From Poseidonia sp. (GTDB lineage: Archaea > Thermoplasmatota > Poseidoniia > Poseidoniales > Poseidoniaceae): a stretch of DNA of 64,000 nt. The stretch is from positions 160,001 through 224,000 of the forward strand of contig CBFIDD010000002.1 in the NCBI GenBank assembly GCA_965661285.1, read 5' to 3'. Shown in pieces: positions 19,757-30,452 of this stretch (position 1 is the stretch's first letter; each line of letters starts with the position of its first letter). The translations under genes were made by a program, and so were the position numbers. The notes below the pieces were generated by a model. That model saw only the letters and a list, made by a program, of their open reading frames with translations, was not told where the DNA came from and ran no database searches.

Positions 19757-20071
19757 TCATGGCCAGCGCGTCGAGCGTTTTTTCCAACGAACAACGGTTT
19801 CTGTGGCCGGTCCATCGGAATGAAAAACGAGGGGGGAAACCGCTGCATTGGGCGGTACTGCGACTTCGTGAAGCGCATCGGTCGGGCATGAACCGATGCA
19901 GGACAGACACCCAACACATCGCTGCTCGAGCACGACCACAGGATGCTTGGCATGTTTTCGCCCTGGCGGGTTGACCTGAAGGGGCAACAAGGCCTCAAAC
20001 GGGCAGTGGAGAATGCACAGGTCACAACCCGTACAATCGTCTTCCACAATCGCCACCATGGCTTGACCCAT
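19757..20071 (-). CDS. 2x[4Fe-4S] ferredoxin-like protein
   Basis: CTGCDLCILHCP and CVGCLSCIGSCP. Confidence 0.85.
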   Translation of the reverse strand: MGQAMVAIVEDDCTGCDLCILHCPFEALLPLQVNPPGRKHAKHPVVVLEQRCVGCLSCIGSCPTDALHEVAVPPNAAVSPLVFHSDGPATETVVRWKKRSTRWP

Positions 20072-20189
20072 GAAGCCTGCTCGGTGCAGATGAATATAAT
20101 CCTGTGTCTCAAGAAGAGAACGAGCGGCTTCAGGAGCGTGGTGAAGTTCATAGGTTCGCCACAACAGCCAGCCAACAGAGGCGAGACGA

Positions 20190-21857
20190 ATGGCTGAGCA
20201 GGAACGACTCCAAAGGTTGAGCGAAATGCTCAAACGACGGGGTTTCCTTTTGCCTGCATTCGAAATTCACGGCGGTGCAAAGGGGCTGTATGACTTTGGC
20301 CCGGTTGGTGGACGCATGCGCTCTCGCGTCAATCAGCGATGGTTGGACCACTGGCTTCAACTTGGAAATGTCGTGGAATTGTCCTGTCCAACCGTGACGC
20401 CCTATGCTGTGTTGGAAGCCAGTGGGCACGTCGGTGAGTTTTCTGATTTTATGACACAGTGCCTCAAGTGCGAGGAAGCAAGTCGGGCCGATACACTCCT
20501 CGAAGCGCACCACCCAAATCCCGACGCTTTGAAACGGGACGAACTCCAATCGCTGCTGTTTGACATCAAACCTGCATGCCCGGCGTGTGGCGCTGCAGAA
20601 TGGAGCGACGTTACTGCACAGAATCTCATGTTCAACACCACCATTGGCGCCGGCCCATCTGGCCGACCCGGCTTCCTGCGACCGGAAACGGCGCAGGGTA
20701 TGTTCACCTCGTACAACGCACTGCTTCGGCATTTCAGGGACCGCCTACCCTTTGGGGCCATGCAGGTCGGTAAAGGCTACAGAAACGAAATCGCACCGCG
20801 ACAGGGGATGATTCGACTTCGTGAATTCAACATGGCAGAATTGGAGTATTTCATCGACCCAGAGGCGCCATTAAACGACGATTTGACACCGTGGGACAGC
20901 CACCCGATGGAACTGATCGCTGACGGTCAAGAATCTAAGGAAATGACGCTGATTGAAGCATGTAAGCAAGGACTTATCCGTCATTCAACCGTTGCGAAGT
21001 TCATGGGTATGACATGGGATTTCTTGACCGACATCGGTATTGACCCTCAGCGCTTGCGCTTCCGACAACACGAACAGGATGAGATGGCCCATTATGCCGT
21101 GGACTGCTGGGATGCCGAAATTGAGGGGAGCTACGGTTGGATTGAGTGCGTGGGCATCGCCCATCGAGGCTGCTACGACCTCGAAAGCCACGAAAACGCG
21201 ACGGGAAGAACCCTCAGAGCGCGAAGAGAATTTGATGAACCAAGGACAACCGAAATTGACGGTTGGACCATCGATGGTTCGAAAGCAGGACCGGCTTTCA
21301 AGGCGTTGGCTGGCTTGGTCAAGACCGCCCTCGAAGCCCTACCGAAGGCAACCAAGTTCCCTCTCGACCTTGAACTTTCGAACGGAGAAACCGTACGTGT
21401 GGAAGAAGAGCACGTAAAACCCAATCAAAAGACCATCAAAGAAACCGGTGAATGGTACATCCCACACGTCATTGAACCTGCTTTTGGTATTGACCGAATC
21501 ATTTGGCATGTTATCGATCATGCCTATCACGAAACGGAAAAGAACGGCGAGGCCTACTGCATCATGCAAATCCAACCCAGCGTAGTACCCGTGGACCATG
21601 CCGTTTTCCCGCTGTTTGAAAAGGACGGCATGGACGAACTGGCAGCGGACATCCATCGACGCCTGTGCCGCACACCTGGCGTGGTCTCCATGTACGACGG
21701 AACGGGTTCCATCGGGCGCAGGTACGCTCGTGCTGATGAAATCGGCGTCCCCACGTGTATCACGGTTGACCATCAATCCCTTGAGGACGGGACCGTCACG
21801 GTTCGCCAGCGAGACTCTGGAGAACAAACCCGAGTGAAAATATCAGAATTGGTTTGA
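20190..21857 (+). CDS. glyS: Glycine--tRNA ligase (alpha2 type)
   Basis: LRPETAQG, RNEIAPRQG..RLREF, EMAHYA, IEPAFGIDR, SIGRRYARADEIG. Confidence 0.97.
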   Translation: MAEQERLQRLSEMLKRRGFLLPAFEIHGGAKGLYDFGPVGGRMRSRVNQRWLDHWLQLGNVVELSCPTVTPYAVLEASGHVGEFSDFMTQCLKCEEASRADTLLEAHHPNPDALKRDELQSLLFDIKPACPACGAAEWSDVTAQNLMFNTTIGAGPSGRPGFLRPETAQGMFTSYNALLRHFRDRLPFGAMQVGKGYRNEIAPRQGMIRLREFNMAELEYFIDPEAPLNDDLTPWDSHPMELIADGQESKEMTLIEACKQGLIRHSTVAKFMGMTWDFLTDIGIDPQRLRFRQHEQDEMAHYAVDCWDAEIEGSYGWIECVGIAHRGCYDLESHENATGRTLRARREFDEPRTTEIDGWTIDGSKAGPAFKALAGLVKTALEALPKATKFPLDLELSNGETVRVEEEHVKPNQKTIKETGEWYIPHVIEPAFGIDRIIWHVIDHAYHETEKNGEAYCIMQIQPSVVPVDHAVFPLFEKDGMDELAADIHRRLCRTPGVVSMYDGTGSIGRRYARADEIGVPTCITVDHQSLEDGTVTVRQRDSGEQTRVKISELV

Positions 21858-21937
21858 GCGTTTCAACCCGTTCAAGTCATTGAACCCACGCTGCTCTCCA
21901 AGTGAAGGTTGATGAACCCTCCACGGCATCTTCCACC

Positions 21938-23521
21938 ATGGCTCAAGTAAGTGATTGGACCGAGCGGCACCGGCCGAACTCGGAACAGTTGCTTGAGGGG
22001 AACGAAGTTCAACGGCGGAAAATTCGGGCATGGCTCGATGAATGGCAAAACGGTTCGCCCAAAAAGAAGGCCATCTTACTCATCGGGCCTCCCGGTGTTG
22101 GAAAAACGACCGTAGCTCGTGCCATCGCTGAAGACATGGGCTGGAACGTGATCGAACTCAATGCAAGCGATGCACGAAACGCTGCGGCCATTCGAAAAGC
22201 GGCGACCAGCGGCGCCACCCACCGCTCCCTCTTCCACGACCCAACGGCACCGCCCTCACGGACCCTCATTCTGCTGGATGAAGTGGACCACCTCTCTGGA
22301 GGGTTGCGAGAAGTCAGCCAAAGCCGCATTGAAAAAGCCATGAGCGGGGAAGACGAGAGCCCCGGTGCAACCCTCAGAGGTGACTCCGGAGGGAAAGCCG
22401 AATTGCTTCGCCTCCTCGACCAAACCAAGCAACCGGTCATCTTGGCGTGCAACGAAGAGATGGGGTTGTGGGGTCGGAATTCGTCATGGCGCAGCACTCG
22501 AGACCGATTCACAAAGCATCTGTTGAAGATCAATTTCGTTCGAGCCAACGACGAGGCCCTTCGCCGAATTGCCAGACGTGTCTTGCGAGAAGAAGGGATC
22601 GCTTTTGATGAAAAGGCCATCAATGCACTCGCTCAAACCAATCACGGCGATCTGCGAGCGCTTGTCCGAGATTTGCAGGTACTCTCAACCGGGCTGAACG
22701 GGGCAACACTGACAGCCGCCATGGTCCATGCCCACACAGAAGCCAGTCAGCGCGACGTGAATGTGGAGATTTTTCCGGGTCTCGACCGACTCTATAGAGA
22801 GCGAGATAGCGAGGTTGCTGCCAGCCTCATTCGAACCATTGACAAAGAGCCATCAGAGTTTCTTAATTGGGTCCATTGGAACAACGCATCGCTCTTCACG
22901 CACGCACCCAGTATACGCCGAGGCGCTCGTACCTTGCTTCAGGCCGATCGTGCCATGATGGGTCGGTTTCTCAACACGGCTCATCGGTCAACCTACTGGA
23001 CACAACACCTCACAGCACTGGCAGCGTCAACAGCCAATGCCGTCCCGCTCCAAGGTCGAATTTTCCCCTCCTACCCAAATTATCTCAGGCGACGCGGGGC
23101 GACCGGGCGAGGGAGCATCGTGGAAAAGCTCGCTGACCTCTGTGGTACCAATCAAGCAACGACACGTGAGGAGTTTTTGCAACCCCTCTTCGCCTTGATG
23201 CAAGACGACCGCCCGCTCGGTGATTCGACGGATTTTGACATCTCCATCGGCCTAGGGCTCTCGGGCGAAGAGCACCTCTCGCTCGCAGGGTTGGCCAAGA
23301 CCCGGCGTTCCTCCAAGGCCCTCCTCAAATCCTACGATGAGGCAGAGGCAGTCCACAAAGAAGCGGTAGCAGAACACAAAGCGGCGTTGAAAGGCCAAGT
23401 TGTGGCGGAGGTTCAGGCACCCCCACCGATCATCGAACAGCAACCTCCCAACGAGAACGTTGAGTCACCAACCCAGGAGGAGGACGACGGACCTCCACCC
23501 GGTCAGATGAAGTTGTTCTAG
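21938..23521 (+). CDS. rfcL: Replication factor C large subunit
   Basis: WTERHRP, GPPGVGKT, ELNASD, LLDEVD, GDLR; C-terminal PIP-like GQMKLF. Confidence 0.9.
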   Translation: MAQVSDWTERHRPNSEQLLEGNEVQRRKIRAWLDEWQNGSPKKKAILLIGPPGVGKTTVARAIAEDMGWNVIELNASDARNAAAIRKAATSGATHRSLFHDPTAPPSRTLILLDEVDHLSGGLREVSQSRIEKAMSGEDESPGATLRGDSGGKAELLRLLDQTKQPVILACNEEMGLWGRNSSWRSTRDRFTKHLLKINFVRANDEALRRIARRVLREEGIAFDEKAINALAQTNHGDLRALVRDLQVLSTGLNGATLTAAMVHAHTEASQRDVNVEIFPGLDRLYRERDSEVAASLIRTIDKEPSEFLNWVHWNNASLFTHAPSIRRGARTLLQADRAMMGRFLNTAHRSTYWTQHLTALAASTANAVPLQGRIFPSYPNYLRRRGATGRGSIVEKLADLCGTNQATTREEFLQPLFALMQDDRPLGDSTDFDISIGLGLSGEEHLSLAGLAKTRRSSKALLKSYDEAEAVHKEAVAEHKAALKGQVVAEVQAPPPIIEQQPPNENVESPTQEEDDGPPPGQMKLF

Positions 23522-25140
23522 GCGCCATTCTCGTCCTTCTCGAGGATGCGTTTGACCATGGACATGCCTTGGCGCTCACCGTCAGATTTCTCCTCACGCC
23601 GCCAGCTGTGTGGGTGAAGCACGATGATGGCGGTGAGGAGTTCGAGACGACCGAACCACATCAAAATGGACGTGAAGAGAAGCGAGCCCGAGTTCATGCT
23701 GGCCCATGTTTCGGTGGGACCGTAAGCACCCAAGGCAGGACCGGTGTTGCCCAAGCCAGATGCTGCAACGGAGAAAATTGTCTCGAATGAGGCATCGGGC
23801 ATCATCATCGCCAGAACGATGCAAGAGAAGCCGAACAGGATGACCCAAATGAACAGCATACCGACCACAAGGCTCACTTGCTTTTGTTCAACCACTTCGT
23901 TGTTCATGCGAATCATGTGAATTTTCCTTGGTTGAGCAATGCGTCCGAGTTCTCTGAAAGCGACCTTCAGTCCAATACGAATCCGCATCAGCTTCAATCC
24001 ACCACTCGTCGAACCTGCGCACGCTCCAACGATCATCAACAGGAAGAGAATAATCCGAGCAACCCCCGGCCACTGCGCATAGTCTGCAGAAGCGTATCCG
24101 GTTGATGTACCGATGGAAAGCACGTGGAACAAGGTGTCGAGCAAGGCCTCACCCATCGCCATCCCAACGAGGACGAGTGAGAGAGTGATAATGGCGACGG
24201 CGCCGAAAATATAGAACAGGTACGTGCGGAATTCCTCGTCTTGCCAAGCCGAACGAAAATCACCCGAACCCATGAGCCACATGAGTGTAAAATTCACGCC
24301 GGCAAGGAACATGAAGACGATGATGATGAGTTCAACTGTGGCGGAGTCGTAGTAGGCGATGCTGGCGTCCCTGGTCGAGAAACCACCGCTGGGCATGGTG
24401 GTGAAGGCGTGGTTGACCGCATCAAACACGGTCATGCCACCAATAAATTTCAGCGCCAGCATCTCGATGAGGGTCAACACCAGATAGAGGCCCCATAGCG
24501 CCATGGCGGTTTGACGGAGTTTAGGACGAAGCCGAGAAAGGGATGGGCCGGTGAGTTCCGCACGAGCGAGCGCCATACCACCGCCGATGATCCGTGAAAG
24601 GACCAGCATGCCCAACATCACGACCCCCATTCCACCCAACCACTGGGTGAGGGAGCGCCACAGAAGGAGGCCTCGGGGCTGGGCGTTGATACAGTCGGGC
24701 GTCGTGCCGGGAATACAGTTCGGACTCATGTTGTGGGAGAGAACCGTGGCTCCCGAGGTTGTGAAGCCCGACATGGATTCAAACCAGGAGTTGACAAATC
24801 CCCGCAGGATGTCAACCAAGAGGGCATCCTCAACAAATGGACCGATGAAAACACCACCGAACCAATAGGGCAAGGCCCCTATGAACACGGTGAGCGGCCA
24901 AACAAGACCAACCCCCACGAAGGCTTCCAAATCACGAAGGCGTTGTGCGGAGTCCGTACGTGTAAACAACCCGAGCATCGCTGCCCCCAAACCTCCACTG
25001 ATGAACATGGCAGGCAGGAATGCTTGAGCCGCCAATTGCCATCCGTCGAGCCAAAGCGTGATGACTGCGCATACCGCCAGCGGCACGAGAAGCGCCATCA
25101 GGGTCCAGCCCAGGATCAAGTTCAGCACGTCAGAGCGCAT
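23518..25140 (-). CDS. trkH: Trk potassium uptake membrane subunit
   Basis: FESMSGFTTSG, QWLGGMG, GSTSGGLK, LGNTGP, GRLEL. Confidence 0.93.
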   Translation of the reverse strand: MRSDVLNLILGWTLMALLVPLAVCAVITLWLDGWQLAAQAFLPAMFISGGLGAAMLGLFTRTDSAQRLRDLEAFVGVGLVWPLTVFIGALPYWFGGVFIGPFVEDALLVDILRGFVNSWFESMSGFTTSGATVLSHNMSPNCIPGTTPDCINAQPRGLLLWRSLTQWLGGMGVVMLGMLVLSRIIGGGMALARAELTGPSLSRLRPKLRQTAMALWGLYLVLTLIEMLALKFIGGMTVFDAVNHAFTTMPSGGFSTRDASIAYYDSATVELIIIVFMFLAGVNFTLMWLMGSGDFRSAWQDEEFRTYLFYIFGAVAIITLSLVLVGMAMGEALLDTLFHVLSIGTSTGYASADYAQWPGVARIILFLLMIVGACAGSTSGGLKLMRIRIGLKVAFRELGRIAQPRKIHMIRMNNEVVEQKQVSLVVGMLFIWVILFGFSCIVLAMMMPDASFETIFSVAASGLGNTGPALGAYGPTETWASMNSGSLLFTSILMWFGRLELLTAIIVLHPHSWRREEKSDGERQGMSMVKRILEKDENGA

Positions 25141-25142
25141 GA

Positions 25143-26555
25143 TCACACCTTGAATCGTTTCTGAGCGTCGGCAACCTTCTCCTTCATGCAAAACAACACG
25201 AGACGGTCGTTTTCGAGGAGGAGTTCGTCAGGTTCGGGTGCGATGGACTCCCAAGAACCTCCGATGTTTCGGCGCTTGATGAAGGCAGGACGCATCCAAT
25301 CAGGGAACTTGGCATCGGCCACCTTTTTGCCGGCGAATTTTGCTCGTTCGGTCACTTTGAGCGTGATGCCAACGACGTTCGGTAGTTCAGCCAAGAGGGC
25401 GTAATGGCCCGAAAGGCTGCGATGGACATGGGAGAGGATGTTGTTCACGGCGACACGATGGCGGTCCACGGCGAAGGAAATGCCCATGCGCTGGGTGACC
25501 TTTACCAAATCAGCATCGTAGAGCATGAGACCCGTGTGAGGTACACCCAAATCCGACATCAACAGCACCGCAGCGATGTTGGCGTGGTCGTCGTCCAAAG
25601 CGCTCAAAGCGACATCAAAACCATCGATTGAAATTTCTTCAAGGACGTTTTTGTCCAAGTGGTCTCCGTGGATGACGTCAATGTTGACGTTGCCACCCAT
25701 CTTTGAGCCTGCCAACTTGTTGGCGAGGTGGAGTTCCCGCTCAAGGACCGTAACGCTTGCCCCGTGTTTCAGCCAATCTTTGGCCATCTTCGTACCGATG
25801 GAAGAGGCGCCAACGATAACGACCTTGGGATTTTCTGGGAAGTAGGAAACTTCGTGGCCGAAGGTGATGAGTGCAGGATTGAATTCATCAAGACCGATCA
25901 CAGCTACAGCCAGTCGGTCGCCCACTTCAAGCACGCTCTCGTCGTTGGGAATGAAACTGCGCTGGCCGTCTCGTTTCACCCCAACGATGTTCGGGAAACG
26001 GTGAACGAAATCATCCTTGATGTCGCCAATCGGTCGCCCAACGATACTACGTGCCGTTTCGCCGATGTCAAATTCAATGACATAGGCATCATCACCGAAC
26101 GGGATGACCTCCTCGATATCGGTCGAACGCAGTCCTGCATTCAATCGTTGAATGGCGCCTTGGAGCGGATTGACGACATGGTTCACTTTGGCCCATTCAT
26201 TGAGATGGCCGTTGTTAAATTCTTCAACATAAGTGGCGTTTCGCAGACGACAAATGCTGGTCAATCGGTCTTCACCGCCGTTGGTCTCCTGTGCGTGTTC
26301 TGCAATCGAACAAGCGATGAGATTGATTTCGTCGGATGGTGTTGCGGCAACAAAAACACTGGCGTAGCCAATGCCAGCTTCCAAAAGCGTTTCGCGTGAG
26401 GTGATGTTGCCGTTGACCACCAGGCAGTCAAGCGACTGGGCGTTGGCCACCGCCCTTGAGTCGTTATCCACGATCACGATATCGTATTTTTCATCGGCCA
26501 AGGCTTTCGCGAGCGCAAATCCTACTCGCCCAGCACCACCAATAATGACACGCAT
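25143..26555 (-). CDS. trkA: Trk potassium uptake regulatory subunit (two RCK pairs)
   Basis: MRVIIGGAGRVG; second VVIVGASSIG; adjacent to trkH. Confidence 0.92.
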   Translation of the reverse strand: MRVIIGGAGRVGFALAKALADEKYDIVIVDNDSRAVANAQSLDCLVVNGNITSRETLLEAGIGYASVFVAATPSDEINLIACSIAEHAQETNGGEDRLTSICRLRNATYVEEFNNGHLNEWAKVNHVVNPLQGAIQRLNAGLRSTDIEEVIPFGDDAYVIEFDIGETARSIVGRPIGDIKDDFVHRFPNIVGVKRDGQRSFIPNDESVLEVGDRLAVAVIGLDEFNPALITFGHEVSYFPENPKVVIVGASSIGTKMAKDWLKHGASVTVLERELHLANKLAGSKMGGNVNIDVIHGDHLDKNVLEEISIDGFDVALSALDDDHANIAAVLLMSDLGVPHTGLMLYDADLVKVTQRMGISFAVDRHRVAVNNILSHVHRSLSGHYALLAELPNVVGITLKVTERAKFAGKKVADAKFPDWMRPAFIKRRNIGGSWESIAPEPDELLLENDRLVLFCMKEKVADAQKRFKV

Positions 26556-26571
26556 GCATTCATCACCTCAC

Positions 26572-28149
26572 TCACAATATTTCAGGATACATCTTGACCT
26601 TGTATGTGCCACCATTCAGCTCAACGGCGCCAAAGGTTTCGTAGCTCTTGACTCGATCAAAATCGCACGGCTGTGAACATGAATCAAACGGATAGTAATA
26701 GCGATTAACCAATCTTCCTGAAGCATCGGCTTCCTCGACCCAGTCCACATACGCAGTCGGTGTTGAGAGGAGCCATTTGTTGTTCACCACATCGACTTGG
26801 GCCTCAACAAAACAGGTCTGGAGAACGATTTTTCGCTCTTCGCACCAACTGTCTTTCAACGGAAGCTGGATGTAGCCCCAGGCGTGGGCCTCCCACCCTT
26901 CGTTGGAAAAGAACGGGTCGCCCAGCACACCAAAGGCGTACCAACCTGGAACGCCCCGGGTTCTCAGGATACTGAAGAACGCATTGGTTTGTTCGTCGCA
27001 ATCACCTGTTCCAGCAGCAAGACAGGCAGGACCGGAACGGGCCGGACTGGGCGCCTCACGGTCGTAGGAAACATAGGCGTGCAGATAATCGAAGGTCGCC
27101 CGAGAAAAAGCGTAGGCATTCTCAGAACTGCCCTCTGGCAGACTCGAGGCGATGGTGTCGGCCGTGGCCATGACGATAGCATCCTGCGCATTGATGGCAA
27201 AGCCTGCCCCGGGGCCGCGGTCGTACCACAGGTTGCTTCCAAATTGACCTTGTCGGACCCCGTTCCCTCGCTGTGCCAAGTCGTCAAAGGTCCCAGAATT
27301 CTCGACATTGATGCCGGTTTCCTTACCAGCGATTCGTGCGTCCACACGCCCCTCGTCCCACCAAGAGTATGACGTTGATTGCATGTGGAGGTTCAATGTA
27401 TACCGTACGTCGCCAGCCGATAGGAAATTGGTTCGGACCTTAATGCACTTCGCAAGCGGGCACTGCTCGTCGCCATCACCCACCGATGGCCACCACACCT
27501 CATGCCCACTTGGCGTCGTGATGGCGCTTGCGTAATCGCGGTCAGGCATCCCATCCAGCGGGACATTGATGTCTTGACCGTCGATAGAAAGCGTGATTTG
27601 AAGCGTCTGTTGAAGGGTAACAGGCGCGATCTCATCCGTTCCATCCGTGTAGGCAAAAGCGGTTGCACCGGTGAGCGTGGACTGAACCGTGGGTGGAATC
27701 AGGATGTTTTCTGTTTGGGAGGACGGGCCATTGGCGGTCAGATCAGAAATCTTGGAAAGCGTGTACGTTGCTTCGTTTGGATAGACGTGATATGGTGCGA
27801 GTTGGGATTGAAGGAATTCCTCAATGCCACCGAATTCTCCAAACACAGCCTCTTGTGCCTGTGGAGAGAGCATGACAAAAGCCACAAGTCCAAGCATGGC
27901 GATGCTTCGAAATCGGTTCTTTCGCCGTCTCATAATGTTGCGCTGCCGACCGGTGTGGGTTTGAACAACACCCCGCTGGGACGGCTTGGCGGCCATTTTG
28001 TAGGTGGTCTCTTTGTTTTTCTTGGATTTCGCAAATTGTTGCTCGAGCCGATAACTCCCTCGGTCGCCTTTCGGGAGAACACGACCGCAGGAATAGCAAA
28101 TCGTGTCGCCCGGCAGTGACGCACTGCGACAGTAAGGGCAAGCACCCAT
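26572..28149 (-). CDS. Membrane-anchored transglutaminase-like protein with N-terminal zinc ribbon
   Basis: CPYC..CYSC, basic region, TM, then GDCDEQ (Cys), HAW (His), VDVV (Asp). Confidence 0.8.
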   Translation of the reverse strand: MGACPYCRSASLPGDTICYSCGRVLPKGDRGSYRLEQQFAKSKKNKETTYKMAAKPSQRGVVQTHTGRQRNIMRRRKNRFRSIAMLGLVAFVMLSPQAQEAVFGEFGGIEEFLQSQLAPYHVYPNEATYTLSKISDLTANGPSSQTENILIPPTVQSTLTGATAFAYTDGTDEIAPVTLQQTLQITLSIDGQDINVPLDGMPDRDYASAITTPSGHEVWWPSVGDGDEQCPLAKCIKVRTNFLSAGDVRYTLNLHMQSTSYSWWDEGRVDARIAGKETGINVENSGTFDDLAQRGNGVRQGQFGSNLWYDRGPGAGFAINAQDAIVMATADTIASSLPEGSSENAYAFSRATFDYLHAYVSYDREAPSPARSGPACLAAGTGDCDEQTNAFFSILRTRGVPGWYAFGVLGDPFFSNEGWEAHAWGYIQLPLKDSWCEERKIVLQTCFVEAQVDVVNNKWLLSTPTAYVDWVEEADASGRLVNRYYYPFDSCSQPCDFDRVKSYETFGAVELNGGTYKVKMYPEIL

Positions 28150-28268
28150 GACTTGAGGCTAGGACGGCGTCGTATAACGATTGTCCATGAAGGCCCCCGG
28201 CTTTTCCGGATTTCAACCGTGGAATTATGGCCATCAAAACGATGTCTTGCGCTGAAGTGAGATGATAC

Positions 28269-29051
28269 TCACTCTTCCTCAACACTGGACTTACCGTTCG
28301 AAGCGCCCGTTGAGGCTGAACGTTCTCGGGCTTGTTCGGCCCAAATTCTGCGCAATCTTCGTCGCCCCTCTTTTGGAACCGATTCCCAGATCCATGTTTC
28401 GGCGTTGGGGTTGGCCAAAATGACGAACGGCAGGATGAACACCCATCCCTCCGGGTTAAACACAACAAAGTACAGACCAACCAACAGCGCTGCTCGCCAG
28501 AAGGCTGACCGGAGAACGGCGCTCCAGCGCCGGTCTTGAAGCATCATGTAGCCATGACGAGCGGTGATCAGCGCCTCAGCACGGGGTGCGACCGTCGAAA
28601 TCAGCGCGATGTTGATGAGGCCGAGAGGAGAGAAGATGTTCTCAAATTCAAACATTCGAAACATCAACACCATCGCCGTCATCCCGCCTATGGCCAGGCC
28701 AAGGGCCCAACCGCTGGAGGGTTGCGAGCCACCCTTACGAACCCGCTTTCGTCGCAGAAGCAAGTGCGAGAACACCGAGGCAAACATCACGACCATCATG
28801 AGCGAGATGACATTCAGACCGGTGTAGACCCCATCGTTGGTGGTCACCGTGGTGTAGTAAGGACGGAAAAGCATGCCATCGGCCATGACGGCGTACACCC
28901 CACCCAGCACGATGCCCCAAAAAACCTGGCTCCATGCCGTTGGTAAGTCGTAAAATCCAGCAAATTTGGTCATGACACCACGCCAGCCCAAGGTCATGCC
29001 GATGAGCGCACAGAAACTCGACAGCTGAAACAGCACGAGTTCTGAAACCAT
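28269..29051 (-). CDS. Hypothetical multi-TM membrane protein
   Basis: About 7 hydrophobic segments from MVSELVLF; weak PrsW-like look (GWALGLAIGG) but no EExxK motif. Confidence 0.65.
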   Translation of the reverse strand: MVSELVLFQLSSFCALIGMTLGWRGVMTKFAGFYDLPTAWSQVFWGIVLGGVYAVMADGMLFRPYYTTVTTNDGVYTGLNVISLMMVVMFASVFSHLLLRRKRVRKGGSQPSSGWALGLAIGGMTAMVLMFRMFEFENIFSPLGLINIALISTVAPRAEALITARHGYMMLQDRRWSAVLRSAFWRAALLVGLYFVVFNPEGWVFILPFVILANPNAETWIWESVPKEGRRRLRRIWAEQARERSASTGASNGKSSVEEE

Positions 29052-29140
29052 GGAGGGCCCTGCGTGCTTCCCTTCATCAATTCGTTGGCGTTTGATAGGG
29101 CGAGGGAGGGATTCAAACACTTCCACCGATTCCGCCATCC

Positions 29141-30397
29141 ATGGCACGACTCCTGCTCTTCGGCGGAAAAGGTGGTGTTGGGAAAACGACCACGTCGTCG
29201 GCAACCGCTGTTTGGCTGGCCGATGCTGGACTCAAGGTCCTCTTGGTGTCCAGCGACCCTGCGCATTCAACATCTGATTCGCTTGACGTGCAACTTGGTC
29301 CTGTCCCTGTTGAGGTGGATGGCGTCCCAGGACTGTACGGTCTTGAGATGGACCCCGAAGCCAAACTCTCGAACCTGCTCCCGAAGGTCGGTGAAGCGAT
29401 GAACAACATGGGTTCGGGTGGTATGGGCGGTTTTGGCGGACTTGGGATGATGCTTGACCCGTCGGCAAAGGACGAACTTTCCGAGATGAAATCCGATATC
29501 AAAACCGCCGATATGATTCTTCCTGGACTTGACGAAGCCCTCGCCTTCGATGAGTTGCTCAAGCACATGGAAAACCCGAAGTGGGACGTGGTGGTGTTTG
29601 ACACCGCTCCCACCGGCCACACCCTCCGCTTTCTTTCACTCCCGGAACTCATCGAGGCCTGGTCGGGCCGACTTTTGCGATTGATGCGGGTCTCCGGTGG
29701 TCTGCGGTCAATGCTGTTTGGTCGCAAGGAAAGCGACGCCATGAAGGAGGAACTGGAACGGTTCCGCCGGCGCGTTCTTCACGTTCGCCGCGTGCTCAGC
29801 GACCCTGCCACCTCGTCGTTCACGCTCGTCACCATTCCCGAGCGAATGGGCATCAACGAAACGCTGCGGGCCTACGAGTCACTCTTGGAGTACAACCTTC
29901 CCATCGGTGGATGTTTGGTCAACCGAATCACCCCTGAATTTGATCATGAGTTTTTGCAAAAACGCCGAGCGCAAGAACTCGACCGCATCGCTGAACTGGA
30001 TGCGAACTTAGCAGGCGTGAACGTCGGCCAACTCGAATTGGCCGACAGTGAGATTGTTGGTGTTCCCGCCCTGCGGGAAATTGGCAAATTACTCTACGGA
30101 GAGCCCAGCGAACTGCCATCTGAAATCGGACCTCACGCCATTGGTGATGTCCTGCACCATGAGGTCCATCGCGGCATGGTCGCTGAAGTTGAAGACGACC
30201 ATGAGCGAATCCGCCTTCACTTCCCGGGGCTGGAGCGAAGCGACCTGTCGTTGCGCAGTGAGGACGGCGTCCTCTTCGTCGGCGTCAACGGTCGAGAACA
30301 GGCGATTCCCACCGAAACGCACGTCAAATCAAGCCTCGTCAAAGCCTCCCTGGAAGGTGATGTTCTGGTGCTGCTCATCCCACGCACGTCCTCCTAG
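29141..30397 (+). CDS. ArsA/Get3-family ATPase with C-terminal Hsp20-like domain
   Basis: GGKGGVGKTT, SSDPAHS, PGLDE, DTAPTGHTLRFL; C-terminal LHFPGLERSDLSL..ASLEGDVLVL. Confidence 0.88.
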   Translation: MARLLLFGGKGGVGKTTTSSATAVWLADAGLKVLLVSSDPAHSTSDSLDVQLGPVPVEVDGVPGLYGLEMDPEAKLSNLLPKVGEAMNNMGSGGMGGFGGLGMMLDPSAKDELSEMKSDIKTADMILPGLDEALAFDELLKHMENPKWDVVVFDTAPTGHTLRFLSLPELIEAWSGRLLRLMRVSGGLRSMLFGRKESDAMKEELERFRRRVLHVRRVLSDPATSSFTLVTIPERMGINETLRAYESLLEYNLPIGGCLVNRITPEFDHEFLQKRRAQELDRIAELDANLAGVNVGQLELADSEIVGVPALREIGKLLYGEPSELPSEIGPHAIGDVLHHEVHRGMVAEVEDDHERIRLHFPGLERSDLSLRSEDGVLFVGVNGREQAIPTETHVKSSLVKASLEGDVLVLLIPRTSS

Positions 30398-30452
30398 GGC
30401 GTGCAGACCCAACAGGGCATGGTTTGAAATGGGTCAACCATAACGCCCTTCC

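Noticed and set aside
28269-29051. PrsW-type intramembrane protease call
   Set aside because: Catalytic EExxK and FxxxE motifs not found; kept as hypothetical.
29141-30397. Arsenic resistance ArsA annotation
   Set aside because: Single ATPase domain, no metalloid-binding Cys cluster, and no ars genes nearby.
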